From Bugula neritina (lineage: Eukaryota > Animalia > Bryozoa), in contig OZ037767.1 in the NCBI GenBank assembly GCA_964035545.1, positions 16,027,292-16,091,291 on the forward strand: 64,000 bases of DNA, given 5' to 3'. Position numbers and translations under genes: made by a program. Under the pieces are notes generated by a model that saw nothing but the letters and a program-made list of their open reading frames with translations, was not told the origin of the DNA and ran no database searches. Numbering within the stretch: the stretch's first letter is position 1; each line of letters begins with the position of its first letter. Below, piece by piece: positions 1 through 14,500 of the stretch.

Positions 1-649
1 GGCAAATATTACGTAACATATTATGACTAACAATAAGCTTTCTATCAATGTGCTAAGTATATATTCTAATTAGCAAGCTGGCAGCAGTAATTTACACATA
101 GGCAGCATTTCTTAGACTTTAGCAAAGGTGTCTGATAAACATAGAGTATGCTGACCTCGTGCTGCCTCGTGAGTTGACTTTACGTGGCGTGTGTAGCGAG
201 TTTTCACACTCGTGCACAATATACACGGGCTAACAGCTCTGTTATGTATATAAATAACAAGCTGTCTGTAATGTAAATAAATAAATATAAATATATAAAA
301 ATAATATGAATTTAATTAAAAATAAGGAACGAGTGGCATTGTGACTTTAATTTTATACACTGAAAATAAGCAATTTGTTTAAAATCTAATTTTTGTATTG
401 AAAAATATAAATATTTGAATATAAGAATGATATTAATTCTATGAGCAATATGTATGACAACTCCAATAGTTGGTAATATATATAATAACACAATATGGCA
501 TATTATATAAGGATGTTAAAACAACTATTTTTTTGTAGTTAGTACTGTTTAGAATTTACCAAGTGAAGTAGAAAATAAATAAAATCACATAAAATTGGAC
601 CTTCACAGTATTATACTGTCAATTATAGATAATTAAATGTACTTATTAG

Positions 650-3600
650 ATAGAAGTAGTATTATGGCAATGAACAGCTCCACAATGTACTGGAGTGATG
701 AAGGTTTTGAGGATGGTGGAGCCAAATCAGACAAGAGGCCCCGCACAGTTCTCACCTCAAATCAGAGAAAAAGGCTAAAGACAGCTTTTGATGTGGACCC
801 AAAGCCAAGCAAAAAGGTGTGCTAACTTTTTTCAAAGTTGAAGTAAAAATTAATTTAGAGTTTCAAATCCTATTGCAATACTTGTGACAGCACCTGTGAC
901 AGCACCTGTGACAGCACCTGTGACAGCACCTGTGACAGCACCTGTGACAGCACCTGTGACAGCACCTGTGACAGCACCTGTGACAGCACCTGTGACAGCA
1001 CCTGTGACAGCACCTGTGACAGCACCTGTGACAGCACCTGTGACAGCACCTGTGACAGCACCTGTGACAGCACCTGTGACAGCACCTGTGACAGCACCTG
1101 TGACAGCACCTGTGACAGCACCTGTGACAGCACCTGTGACAGCACCTGTGACAGCACCTGTGACAGCACCTGTGACAGCACCTGTGACAGCACCTGTGAC
1201 AGCACCTGTGACAGCACCTGTGACAGCACCTGTGACAGCACCTGTGACAGCACCTGTGACAGCACCTGTGACAGCACCTGTGACAGCACCTGTGACAGCA
1301 CCTGTGACAGCACCTGTGACAGCACCTGTGACAGCACCTGTGACAGCACCTGTGACAGCACCTGTGACAGCACCTGTGACAGCACCTGTGACAGCACCTG
1401 TGACAGCACCTGTGACAGCACCTGTGACAGCACCTGTGACAGCACCTGTGACAGCACCTGTGACAGCACCTGTGACAGCACCTGTGACAGCACCTGTGAC
1501 AGCACCTGTGACAGCACCTGTGACAGCACCTGTGACAGCACCTGTGACAGCACCTGTGACAGCACCTGTGACAGCACCTGTGACAGCACCTGTGACAGCA
1601 CCTGTGACAGCACCTGTGACAGCACCTGTGACAGCACCTGTGACAGCACCTGTGACAGCACCTGTGACAGCACCTGTGACAGCACCTGTGACAGCACCTG
1701 TGACAGCACCTGTGACAGCACCTGTGACAGCACCTGTGACAGCACCTGTGACAGCACCTGTGACAGCACCTGTGACAGCACCTGTGACAGCACCTGTGAC
1801 AGCACCTGTGACAGCACCTGTGACAGCACCTGTGACAGCACCTGTGACAGCACCTGTGACAGCACCTGTGACAGCACCTGTGACAGCACCTGTGACAGCA
1901 CCTGTGACAGCACCTGTGACAGCACCTGTGACAGCACCTGTGACAGCACCTGTGACAGCACCTGTGACAGCACCTGTGACAGCACCTGTGACAGCACCTG
2001 TGACAGCACCTGTGACAGCACCTGTGACAGCACCTGTGACAGCACCTGTGACAGCACCTGTGACAGCACCTGTGACAGCACCTGTGACAGCACCTGTGAC
2101 AGCACCTGTGACAGCACCTGTGACAGCACCTGTGACAGCACCTGTGACAGCACCTGTGACAGCACCTGTGACAGCACCTGTGACAGCACCTGTGACAGCA
2201 CCTGTGACAGCACCTGTGACAGCACCTGTGACAGCACCTGTGACAGCACCTGTGACAGCACCTGTGACAGCACCTGTGACAGCACCTGTGACAGCACCTG
2301 TGACAGCACCTGTGACAGCACCTGTGACAGCACCTGTGACAGCACCTGTGACAGCACCTGTGACAGCACCTGTGACAGCACCTGTGACAGCACCTGTGAC
2401 AGCACCTGTGACAGCACCTGTGACAGCACCTGTGACAGCACCTGTGACAGCACCTGTGACAGCACCTGTGACAGCACCTGTGACAGCAGGCTGCAACACA
2501 AGAAAAACTCAGTTTTTTTAAAATGAATTTTAAATAATTTTAATTTACAGTTCTGATTTAATGATTTATAAACTATTAAGTGCAATAATACTACAAGTTA
2601 ACTTAATTCTCTTGAATTTATAATATAATTATTTTTCTGCATTCTTTAGGCAAGACACATAATGGCTGTAGAAACTGGACTCACCAACCGAGTTGTTCAA
2701 GTGTGGTTCCAGAATCAAAGGGCAAAGGTTAAATACAAGTCTAAAATATTTTAGTATTTCCAATATTTTTAATTGTAGGATCATAATACTATGTATAAAG
2801 CATGATAATATAATGAACTCTTGCCAACGCATTCTCCCATTTTCAACAAATTTTGTAAAATTTAATTTTACTATGAAATAAGTAAATTCCTCTAAAATAT
2901 TTGCTAATTAATTGGATGCTACTTAAGGTTCTAAATTACAAATGATTGCTTAACTATAGGAAATAAATTGTGATGAATGAAATCAATGAAATCAAATAGC
3001 ATGTAGCTATAGTTTGACTAAGAAGCTTATTTAGTATATAGCACGTGTACTAGCGAGGTCATTTGAATTCCAGAAAAAGAAGTCAAAAAAAGACTGTTTT
3101 AACTCGAACCATGTTGCTTTGTTTATTTTTTGAAGTTTAATTCCCAAAATGCAAAATTTTGTCAACCAAATTTTCAGATGAAAAAGAGAACCAAGATTTC
3201 CTTATCTACAACGCGCATTGACGAAGGTGAGAGCAACCCTCCAACCAGCAGCGATGTCGGCAGCCCTTATGACGCTGCCAAAGAGGAAGGAAGCGCATTT
3301 GAAGATGGGAGTGTTGGCAGCAGCCCTGATGACCTCATACCCAGCAGCTCATCAGCAGAAAGTATGCTGTGCAGTGATTTGTTCTACGCTCTCTTCTCAA
3401 GTCATGTTATGCAATTGTAAAATTGTGTTTTGTATACATATAGTATATGCGTGCGTGCGTGTGAGTGCGTGCGTGTGTGTGTTTATGGTATTATGTTTTA
3501 TACTCTATATGTATTAGCATATTGTTTGTCTTTTTAGCTGACAACAGTGATGTTATCTCAAACAAAGAACCAAAATACCTAACGCCCTTTGACCCATCAG

Positions 3601-3719
3601 AGAAAGTGCCAGAAGAAGACAACTACCAATATAATAATTCAACACTTAGTTTTAATAATAGCCTAACTACAAGTTATTCTTCTAGTTTAGCTTCAAACTC
3701 ATTCCACAACCAATTTTGA
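650..3719 (+). CDS. Lmx1: LIM-homeobox transcription factor Lmx1-like, 3' part (exons 650-816, 2650-2727, 3178-3361, 3538-3719); LIM exons presumably upstream of the window
   Basis: Spliced exons give [28 protein letters not shown]|[26 protein letters not shown]|MKKR, matching the Lmx1 homeodomain (KRPRTILT...[34 protein letters not shown]). GT-AG introns with consistent phases; stop at 3719. Confidence 0.88.
883..2488. repeat. Perfect 12-bp minisatellite (CACCTGTGACAG)x~134 in an Lmx1 homeodomain intron
   Basis: Directly visible; 1606 bp; no variant units seen. Confidence 0.98.
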
Positions 3720-4384
3720 CGGCTGAAATAGTAAAAATATCAAAATAGAATTGTATAAACTGGTTTTTGCTAAACAAACTAAAGCTTAGAGATCTTATTT
3801 GATTTAAAAATTTTATAAATTTAGGCAAGCTTCAACTTAATTTCACTTTTCAAGCAAGTTAATAGAAAAGTTTTTTTAGTTGCAATCTGAACTTGTAGCC
3901 TTTTAGTAATGTTTTTAAAACACCAATTAATTTTACACATGCAAATTTTTGATTAGCACAAAGTCAACAACATATGTTACAAAACAAAGCATCTCCGATA
4001 ATTCTTTCTTTTTTATTTTCTTTTTTGTGGTAGATATCATATTATAGATGTAACAAGAGTGAATGTCATTTGTGAAACTATTTACATTGTAATGAAGTTT
4101 ACCTCAAAATTTTTGAATTACATATGATGCAATATTTGCGGACTATGAACATCAGTTTCATGTAAATATCATAATTCATATTTGCTACATTTACCCAAAC
4201 TTTGATTTTTATATAAGGCAATCGTGATTATATATTTACAGTAGAATGACAATTTGTTGTCATGGATTTTAACTTTTACAGTGCAACGCACAACGGTTTT
4301 TGTTTTATATTTTTAGTAACGCATTTATAATATTATTTAAACTTTTTTCTTTGATTTACATTAGTTGAAAAGTTGACGAATCAA

Positions 4385-4515
4385 TGACCATTGACTAATG
4401 ATTAGTGACTAAAAACTAATGACTAGTGACTGAATACTAAATACTAATGACTAAGGACTAATTAATAGTGACCAAAGACTACAACTAGTGACTAATTACT
4501 AATTACTAACAATTA
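4385..4515. repeat. Degenerate ~7-bp tandem repeat (GACTAAT-like)
   Basis: tgactaatgattagtgactaaaaactaatgactagtgactgaatactaa... Confidence 0.7.
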
Positions 4516-7500
4516 ATGTCCATTTGTTGTTTTTGATGATGATTGAATAACTTTATATAAATTGTGGAACAAATTTGCAATCCTGATTATTATATTATTT
4601 TTTTATGTTGTGTACAAAATAAAGAGTTTGTTTTTATTTTTGAAAACAATTGGTTTTTTCATAGTTGAATTCGCTAGCACAGTTGGAACACAGGGAGCAA
4701 TAATAATGCTAGCTAATTCATAGATAAACCCAACATGTCTGCATTTTATTACAGATACAGTGCTTATAGCTGTGTGGCAGCATAATTTTGCGTGACTCTT
4801 GTTATTTGTCTATGTAAATAACATTGTTGGGTTATTTCTATTTTATCACTGGCAATTATGATAATTCAAACACAATCAACAAAAAGCAAACAACTATAGA
4901 TGTACAAGATAAATACTAGCCTTAGCTCTATAATAAATTGATTTACTTGTACAAGTGGGTTCTCTTGTCAACCCACTTCACAGTGTTAATCACATGTGAT
5001 AATTAAAACTGAATTGATTTAAAACAACGAAATATGATCTCTAATCTGTGAGAGCAAACATAATTATGGACTTACTGGAAATGCTTTAAAACATGACAGA
5101 TCAATATCGCCCACTCAACTGGCCAGCTAGAAATATCATGGGTTTGATCACCATGAATATTTAACACATACTAACACTATTCTGATATAATTTATTGAGT
5201 AAAGTCAAAAATTAATATAATTTTGTCCATCAAAAAAGCATTATCCACATAACATGACAGTTGTTGAATTAATTGTGTTTTTAAGCTATTGTAATAGTCA
5301 TTAAACTGAAGTTTACAGTAATATTATATAATAATAATATATAAACAAAATACTATATATATGTTGAAAGCTATATGAATAAGTTTTTAAATCCATTGAA
5401 TTGTAAACATTCAGGTTTTAAGAGTTAGAAAAATGAAAAATAATTGTCCTTGATTTAGCTTTAATTTAAACAGCTAATTCTAGCCATGACATAACTTGTA
5501 AGACTTCACCTATATAAAACCCTTTTACAAGATATTTTGTTTGTTATAGTCTTTTATATTTAAAGAACTCACAATATTTGTAAAATAGTTTTGGCAATTC
5601 AAAATAATATCTAAAGTTTAGAAAGTCTCATGTTTGACTCAATCAGGAGCAGTAGTTGACATGATTACATTACTTCTATAAATTGCACCTCATCTCACAT
5701 CTCACATTGCCCTTGGAGTAGGCTACAAACTGGGTTATATATAGGAATTGGTGGTGTGAAATGCTACTATTGCATTTTAACCCTGAGAGAGGTTAGTGTT
5801 GTTTACAATGCTGCCGCCAATATGGCCCACAACTACTGCTGACATTTTGAAGTGCAAGTTATTTAGCTGTCAGCTACAAAATAATGCAATTTTTGAGTGA
5901 CTGGATGTAAATGATGCCATGGAGCCAATTAGTTCATATGACTGACTTTTATTTTGAGGTCATGAAGTGCATAAATGATAGTGTTTATCCTTTTACCGAA
6001 TGCTATAGCACTGGTAGTGCTACACTACTGTTTGTAGCAGAGACGGGCAATGAAATTTTATCATCTATTGCCAATAAAGCAAAGGGATAAATAGAATGGA
6101 GGTTTTTGTGTATAGAGCAACATGCCTTTGATAGTGATTGGTCATTTACATTTCTGTTTGGCTATAGGTCTATTACTTTTACCACCTGCTATTGGTTTAT
6201 GTAACACATCTGCCTTTCTATACTCAAACCCTTATCTTCTTGTTACTCAAGTTTATTTCAGCGTGCACATAATATTATTTATTAGATTTTATTGTGTGCC
6301 AAGAAGAATGCCAATGCACAAGTGGCGCTACCTAGTTTCTACTGTACAAGTCCTCTTTTGTGCTGGGTATAAGTTGGCTACTTGCCAAAAGTATAAAAAT
6401 GAGACTTTAAAGTCAAATCTTGGGCATATGCATACAAAACATACTTCAAATTTAACAGCAACTTTACAAAAACAAAGAAGATGAACGCAATTTTCAAGTC
6501 TTGAACTTTAAAAATTCTGCACTATGAACACCTGCATTGATGTATATAGTAATATAACCTTTTTTTTACCTGCATTTTCCATCACCTCCACTCTGACAGC
6601 AACTGCTGCTGCCAGCTAACTTATCTAATTCTCTTAACTTCAAAAATTTCAGGAAAGTAAAAACACCGTGAACTGCTAATTTTTTCGCTCTCAACAAAAA
6701 GTAAGTAAAATTATATTAATAAATACCCATTAAATAACTAAATTTAAAAGTAAAATTGCTTCCATTTCAATTCAGCATCTAAATTCAAGATGAATCTACA
6801 TTAAACATGTGCACTATTATTATCAGAGCAGTATAAACACATTCAAAAGTGTGGTTGCTTTACCCAGTAAATTTATTCTGGAAAGCAATATTCAAATTTT
6901 AAAACTAAAGCTTGCATCAATAATTAGTAATGTTGAAAGAAATCCTAATTTTTGTCAAGTTGAACTAAATGTTACATGTTTTCCATTCCCTATTTTGGAA
7001 GTGCTGTAGTTAGCAACCAGCCGCTTGTGTATATTTGGGAATATACAGTTTAATCTGAGCAGCTGTAAGGCATGATGATCAGCACGTGCCTGCGCTAGTG
7101 GCGCATTGTTTACGTTTGCTACGAGAGGTCTTACATTGTAAAATACAAAATGGCCATCATTCTAGCACCACTTGGAGGCACTTGTTAGGATTAGAGCGAA
7201 TTCTCAAGCTATTTATCATTTTATTACTGCTTCATTCAACCTGTCAGCTATTCAAGACCAACCATCAACAAGCTGTTTAGTGTTTATGATGGGCTGTGAT
7301 TTTCAATATAATAACATAATAATATAGATTATATGCATGAACGCTTTAAACCCGGTAAGCTATCGGCGGCTTCGAACAAGTGCACACATTATCTAAGTTT
7401 ATAAATATTTTAATAAAACCTGCCATAGTTTTGCATTTATAAAAAAATTGATGGGTAAAATGGATGGGAACCCTGAATGATAATCTGCAACTAAGGATTT

Positions 7501-10500
7501 TACTCTAGCAGACAATTTTAGTACAAACCCTAAGTCTAAATTTTTGCTGATGACATGATATAAGAAAGTAATTATTTACTTAAAATTTATGGCAGTCATA
7601 AAAGGGACGAAGCACTTACTATAATTTAGCCACTCTATTAACAAAATTGCTTTTTTGATGATTAAAGAAAGCTTCTCTTTTATGCCTCAAATCAGCGAGG
7701 AAATAATTTGGAAATAAAATGAATGAATATATATTGATGATTATAAATCAAATCTCAGTTAGCTGCCTGAGTTAGGTAATCAAGCTTTGTCACGTAAGAT
7801 CAAATAGATGCCGAGGTTTGAAGTTTCTTTCCAGATTCATTTCTAAGCGAATTTATTTGATTTGGTTTTAGTTAATGTATTTCTGTTTAATTACAAGCAT
7901 CTGTCTTTTTTTTTCAAGAAAATAATATTTACTTACAGGTAGCTGGTTTTGTCATAGCTATATATTTTTCAGACCTAGAAATTCTGTGAAAAACTGTTAT
8001 GCAATTTACCTGGAATTGTACAATATTCCAGGCTAGAGTAAGACGTTAAACATGCAGCGTTCCAAAGGCCCAGTAAACAGCAATATACTGAGAATATGCG
8101 GAGAAGTGCGTGGGATACCCACAGGCTAAGACTATAGCCTACAGGTCCTAAATTGAACTGCTTTTGCAAAAGCTCTTTGTAACCTATGAAACACTATCAC
8201 GCAATGACTTTAGTAAATATACTGAAAGAGTTCGAGTAGCGATGTATTTTGGTTAAAAAAAGTGTTTCTTGAATTAAAAGCAGCATAAAAACAATATTAT
8301 TTTGGCTTGCAAGTGAAAACTAATAATCAGAATGCTAATGCAAGTATTGCAAGCTTCTGACTTAGAAAAATTGCCTAAAATTATATAGGATTACACAAAG
8401 AAAACAGAAATTTATGTAAATTTTAAAGTTGCATGAAATATAAAACAGTATATATGAATAGACAATACAACAAGTTCAATTTCCCAATACACTGAATGGT
8501 ACGATGTTTAAACCTCTGGTGATAAATTATTGTTTAGATTCTGAATTGCCAATTGCCAGTTATGCTTACAAAATTGCCAATTATATATGCACCTTTGTCA
8601 GTTATTAGTTACATTTACAAAATAAGAATATAATATAGCGCTACACAAATTTCCATTCATTTCTACAACAAAGTTTTTCGAGCACTTTTGTAGAATTTTC
8701 TAGTCATGTGGAAAAACTAGATGCAGCATCTTTACTAATTATTTTAATTTATTTTTTCCAAAAATCTCTTTCAATTATGCTAAAATGTTGCATGAAGAAT
8801 GTGATAAATTGACAAATTAACTACAGAGGTTGCTTTTAAAATTGCTAACAAAAGGACGTATCACTGGTGTCAGGGTTACTTGTAGGAATGAGTGTAGAAA
8901 TTGAATGTAAACAAAGCCATTGAATAGAGTGAATTCCATCAATGAAGTTTCTTCTTTCACTCTAGACAAAGGCATATGCCTATTTGCAAGTTGCAGCATA
9001 ATTGGGCAGGTGAACTGATAGTAGAGCTACTCTTTAGCTTTTTTAGCTAGGGGTGGATCAATGCCAGGGGTGAATTAACTAAAAACTAAAGTGTATTTTA
9101 GAATTTCAAAATTTTAAGAATAATACATATTTTATATTCAATTAATACATACTTAACCTAGAGAAAGACGGCAAAACATTTCTCCTAGATGATTTCAATT
9201 GCTTAAACCCCTGTGAAATTCGCACAACCTGCATCCACTCAAGAATGAAAAGTGTGTAAGATTTGTGTTGATGGATTAATATATCATAAAGAACAATATT
9301 TGTTTGGGCCAGACTATACGCATGCAGAGATATTAAATGGCTGTTAGACACGTGCCCAGTCACCTTGCAGCTGCCCTGGGTTGCGTTATTCGTGACTTAT
9401 TCAATGTCCCGAGAAATATCAACAATATTACTATATACAGCTTTATGCCAACACATAAACTGTTGGGGTGATAATGTAGTTAATGAACAACCATTAGCAA
9501 ATCACTGTGTCACTTTCAATAAATGTGCACAAAATTCAGGAGACTTGGTAATTGGCGTGTTCTAATTAGATTCTCACTATAGTTTGTGTGACTGGCGTGT
9601 TTTTATATTCCATGTGCATGTGCTAAGAAAGTTAAGATTTATAAAGTAATAAAGTTGTTTGTGATGCAGTTCTAATGAAAACTTTGGTTAGCTTGTTATT
9701 GACTATACCATGTACATACAACAATTTGTCTATTCACTCTTATATAACTTTTACAAAAGATATTTAACTTTGCAAATTCATAAATTCAAAACTATAAAAG
9801 CATCTACGCAGAAAATGTTTTGTTTCCATATTACAGCATATGAAATAAAAACTATAAAAAAATTCTTATATGTACAAAACCTGGGTGCATTAAAAACATA
9901 AACGCTGTTAAAGCAGTTGTTTTCAGCCACTAAAGAGCATGGGGAAGGGTTCATCTGCAGAGGTTAATGTAAGATGATCCGATATTGACAAGCGAAAAGC
10001 TGGCAGGTACTAAAGCTACTGATGAGTGATAGCCTACTGAAAGCCAACACAAAACACTCTGGAGCTGGAACTTAGCCTGGTAGGTTAAAATAACAGTTGT
10101 TTCTAAAAGCTATAATGTGTATGCTTTGTAAGACTGTCTAGTTTTGAATTAACAGATATCTTGTGGCTAAAAAAGTAGATTTCTTAAAAATATGGAAGTC
10201 AAAGACACCTAAAAGATCATTATCACAGCTTAGTGCTAAAAAACAACTAGGTTTATACTTTTTGTTTTTGCTCTAAATGATGCCAAACTTAAATCAAAGA
10301 GTTTAAATGAATCATTTAAAAATATTTTTGCTGTTATATTTTATAACGTCCATGTTTAAAATTATATTTTGCAAGGATGCGGGTAAAATATGTTGAAGCA
10401 TTTTGCAAAGTAGTAATTTAATATTTACTTCACAGTGTCATGAAAATCTGCTTGATTAAAAGCTCTTGTTGCGAAATAAATATTATGTACACTTTGCTGC

Positions 10501-11555
10501 CCGAAGCAATGTTCATTTATAGCATCGCAATATTGTCAACAATGTGCAATATCACGTGATGACATTTATAACCAGGATATTATACTGTCATAATGCATGC
10601 GTATATAACACTGTCATTAGCTCACTCGCATTGCTCAATTATTTATCATACAAAGTATGTAATCCATTATTCTTGCATGTCATTTTAACGCAGGTGCTCT
10701 CTGCATATAGACAGAAGAATAGAAACACTGGTGACAAGTAACAGCAGGCTGCAACCAGTTGACAGGTTAGTTTAATTGTGAAATAAAGAAAGGGATTGAA
10801 CTAAAGTTAAATCAGTTAAAAATACTAAAATACAAATTAACTAGGGAAATAATTATTATTATATGGGGTGTGTAAAATTGTTCCTTTTCAACACAAATGA
10901 GGATTTTGAAAGATTTGCAAAAAAAGAGTATTTATTTAACATTTTTGATAACCAAAATGTTGTGTACTTCCTATACATATACTTTTTCATGTTTTTAATT
11001 TTAGAAATATACATCTTGTGTTTGAATTTCTCACTTGAAAATAGTTTTTAAAAATTACTTCTTACTGCATTTTAAGCGATGGTTTATTATATGAAATACG
11101 TTCTAAATGCAGCCTTATGCTTATGTGACAAGAAGAAGAAGGAGGGGAAGGGCTGTTTTTAATAACCCGTAAACATTTTGTGACTGAAAATTTAAGCCAA
11201 GGTTGCTGAAGTTGTGTATTAGAGTGAAAAACTTTATAGCTGCTATAAATTAGCCGACTAAAGATTTAAACTGTTGAATTTTGTTTTTAAAATTATACTT
11301 TATGATTTTTATTGCACAATTTGCACTATATAGCAAGAACATTGTAAATACCGTTAGCAAATGGAATTTTAAACTGTTTCCAACAAGCTATGTAGCCATT
11401 AGTAAACAACATAAACACATCGGTAGACATGATAATTTTTGCTGAGGAATTGCTTGTAATTTATGACTGAATATTCAAAGTGTGATAATTCAGTTATGTA
11501 ATAATGAAACTAGCAGCCTACAATTTATGAAGACATGTTATTTTTCTTCAAAGAT

Positions 11556-14500
11556 ATGGAAAAGGCATTTGAGATGATGGCCTCACACTTCTCCCTTCCT
11601 CTCCATCGTCCCGGACTGTTCAAGGACGGCCCACCTCAACTTCCTCCCTCCTTACTGTATCCTGTTGGAGGTAACGATCACGTGATGCACGTCAACATGC
11701 TATTACATCACTTCCTGCTGAAGACCGCTGCCTTGAATCATCAGCAGCATGTGAAATCGCTGACTTCGCCTTTATCTATGGTATGATTGGATATAATACA
11801 GTATAATGTAATATAGTAGAATGTAGTAGAATATATACATATAACATGGCAAAATATAATATAATATAACATAAAAAATGCAATGTAATATAGTGCAATA
11901 TAATAAAAGTATCAAATATAAATTAATATAGTAGCCTACAATATAATACAATACGATAGAATTGTATATGACAATATATTATGATAATAATATAATGTAT
12001 AATGAAATATAATATAATATCATATAGCATGATATGAAATTATAATGTATAAACTATAATATATTATGTTATACATTATAATTTCACATCATGCTATATG
12101 ATATTATGCTATATTTTATTATAATATATTATATTATACATTATAATATATATAGCAATAATTTTACACAAGTCAAAATACCAGCCTAATTTCAAATGAA
12201 AATAGTAGAATTGTGAGGAGTTTATTATGAAATATAATTTCTTAGAGTTATCCTTCCTTGATTTAGACACCAAAAATAAACTATTCCAGAGTGTTTTAGA
12301 GGATTGTCAAAATACAGTTTTTCACTTTAACATGCTAGTCGAGACATGATATTATTTAGACCCTGTTAGATGACGTGTTACCATGCAACATTAAACCATG
12401 AGCTTCCCTATCTAAACTATGTAACTTATAAAAATGTAACTATAAGTATTTATCTATAAGCTTTGATTATAAAGCCTTTGGGAAAAATTTCTAGTAAAAT
12501 ATTAATGATTAAATTTTTCTATGAAATGTTTTTCGCGTAAAAGAAGCCTAAAGTACTCACCTGACAGTTAATTGAATTGTTATACTTTTTTAGTTGTTTG
12601 TAAATTATTTAATAGCACAAAATATAGACAGAGATATCCTGAATAGCTGATCCTAAAGAATTTAAGCTAATCAGAATTGGTGACTGAATTTCCTTTGAAT
12701 TTCTATACATTACTTATTTAATAGTTTCAAATTACAAATCCTCAGGGAATTAGGAGTTGTGCCCTATTGAATTTTCATGGTGTCGCTATCTATTTTGTAA
12801 ACATTAATGATTTATGTACCATGAATTGGCTTTCCAAGAATTATCTAACTATTTGCTTTTCAGGATGTGGTGGTTGTATTTGTTTTTCTAAATGATATTA
12901 TTCATAAGTACATAGGAAATTCTAACACAACTTTTAGTAAATTGAACAAAGCATTGAGTGAAACATGGGAATTTCTTAAAAGCTTGTTTCATGGCTATGA
13001 TTGTATATCATTCTTGACCTGTTTCATTAAAATTATCAAAAAGCCAAGAGGGATAGCCAGGTTTTCAAAGTAAATATACTACAAGTTAGGGGAGGGTTTC
13101 ATGGAGCTATTAAACTGACAAAGTTTCAATGAAAATAAGCTAATTCAAAAACTGGCTGACTTAAAAACAATAATTGATATTAAAACTTTAATTATTTTCA
13201 AAATGTTAAATCTTTTTTGTAAGAGAGGCATTGATCTAAATCATGAAGAACTTTTATAAAATATTTCATTAAAGTGTGTAGCTTTTTTTTATAAAACAAG
13301 TGTCTAATTTTCTTAATCAGTTGCTTTTGAGTTTGATCAGCTGTAATTGCTAAACTTTTTAATTGTAAAATATATCTATATAAATCTATATAATTATTAC
13401 TTTCACAACATTGCAATTGAAGACTATGCACAAACACGCTGTTTATTTGACTGGCAGCAAAATTATCTTGATTTTATTATGTACTAACAGCGTGGATACG
13501 ACTTGTTCAAATCGGGCTTCTCGAATCCAGCCTCTGTTCTTTACCACAACTCATCACCTTTACATCGGCCTCAACACCAGGCTCCACAACCCTCACTAAC
13601 TTCTAGTCTGTTAACTCCACCACTGAGTGAACGTAGCAGCAGCAGTGTAGGTGAGTGATAGGGTAGACAACTCCAGTTCTTGTTTGACAATAACGTTTGA
13701 AAATAATTAATGACTCCTATAATAAAATGATTAGCATAGCATTATATATAGTTGAAAATAGTTTTTAACAACCAGGTTTTAACTTTTGAGCTTTTAGGTA
13801 TAAATAATGAAGAAAGCAATCAAATAAATAGACTAAATTATTTGACTTTATAGAAGTTACTCTTTCTTTACTGGGAAAATCTTTTAGTAGAACTACTGCA
13901 AGCTATGCTAGATGCATATTAAATACTATTACATATATCTATTTAGCCCTGAGTATAGAAAACTTTTGGACTGCTTCTGAATTTTTGTAGGCACGATAAA
14001 ATATAGGCTGTTAGTACTTGTTTTTTGTGATTGCAGTTATATATATTATGATTGTTTACAGAGTCCTCAAATGAAGGAGTTTCTTCCCCTACATCAACCA
14101 AGTCGGCCATCTTGGATTTAAGAAAATCTACTGCTAAAGAAACATCATTGAAACGAAAAACACCAAACAAAGGTAATCCTAAACTTAAATGTCTATTTTG
14201 TTAGGTTTGCTGAGTATATGCAACGTCATAAATAATATTATTTTGATCTAGTATCTGTTATTTTATTTGAAATTTTTAGTCAAAATTATGCCTTCAACAT
14301 CTTTACATAACACACGTTACATTCGTAAGCATATTTAAGCATATTTAAGCATAAATACAAGCATATATAAGCAAGTATGTGTAAACATGCTTAAACATCC
14401 TTAAACATGCATAAGTGTGTATAAGCACATGTATGCACATTTCAGCATGATTAAATAAAGACATCATAATTTCAGAAGTTGCTAATCCACCAAAGAAAAA

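Noticed and set aside
850-2585. 545-571 aa ORFs of (AVTG)n, (LSQV)n and (TAPV)n resembling mucin or antifreeze proteins
   Set aside because: By-products of a stop-free 12-bp repeat inside a GT-AG intron that splits the homeodomain; no synonymous variation.
7808-7850. ATGCCGAGG (MPR) as the SNAG start of Insm
   Set aside because: Continues FEVSFQIHF-stop rather than xFLVK; rescue would need an implausible ~19-nt intron.
3720-11500. Short ORFs between Lmx1 and Insm
   Set aside because: No recognisable domains or consistent splice structure; treated as UTR or intergenic sequence.
13943-14170. Minus-strand ORF conserved at 63596-63823
   Set aside because: Antisense to an Insm exon; conservation reflects recent duplication.
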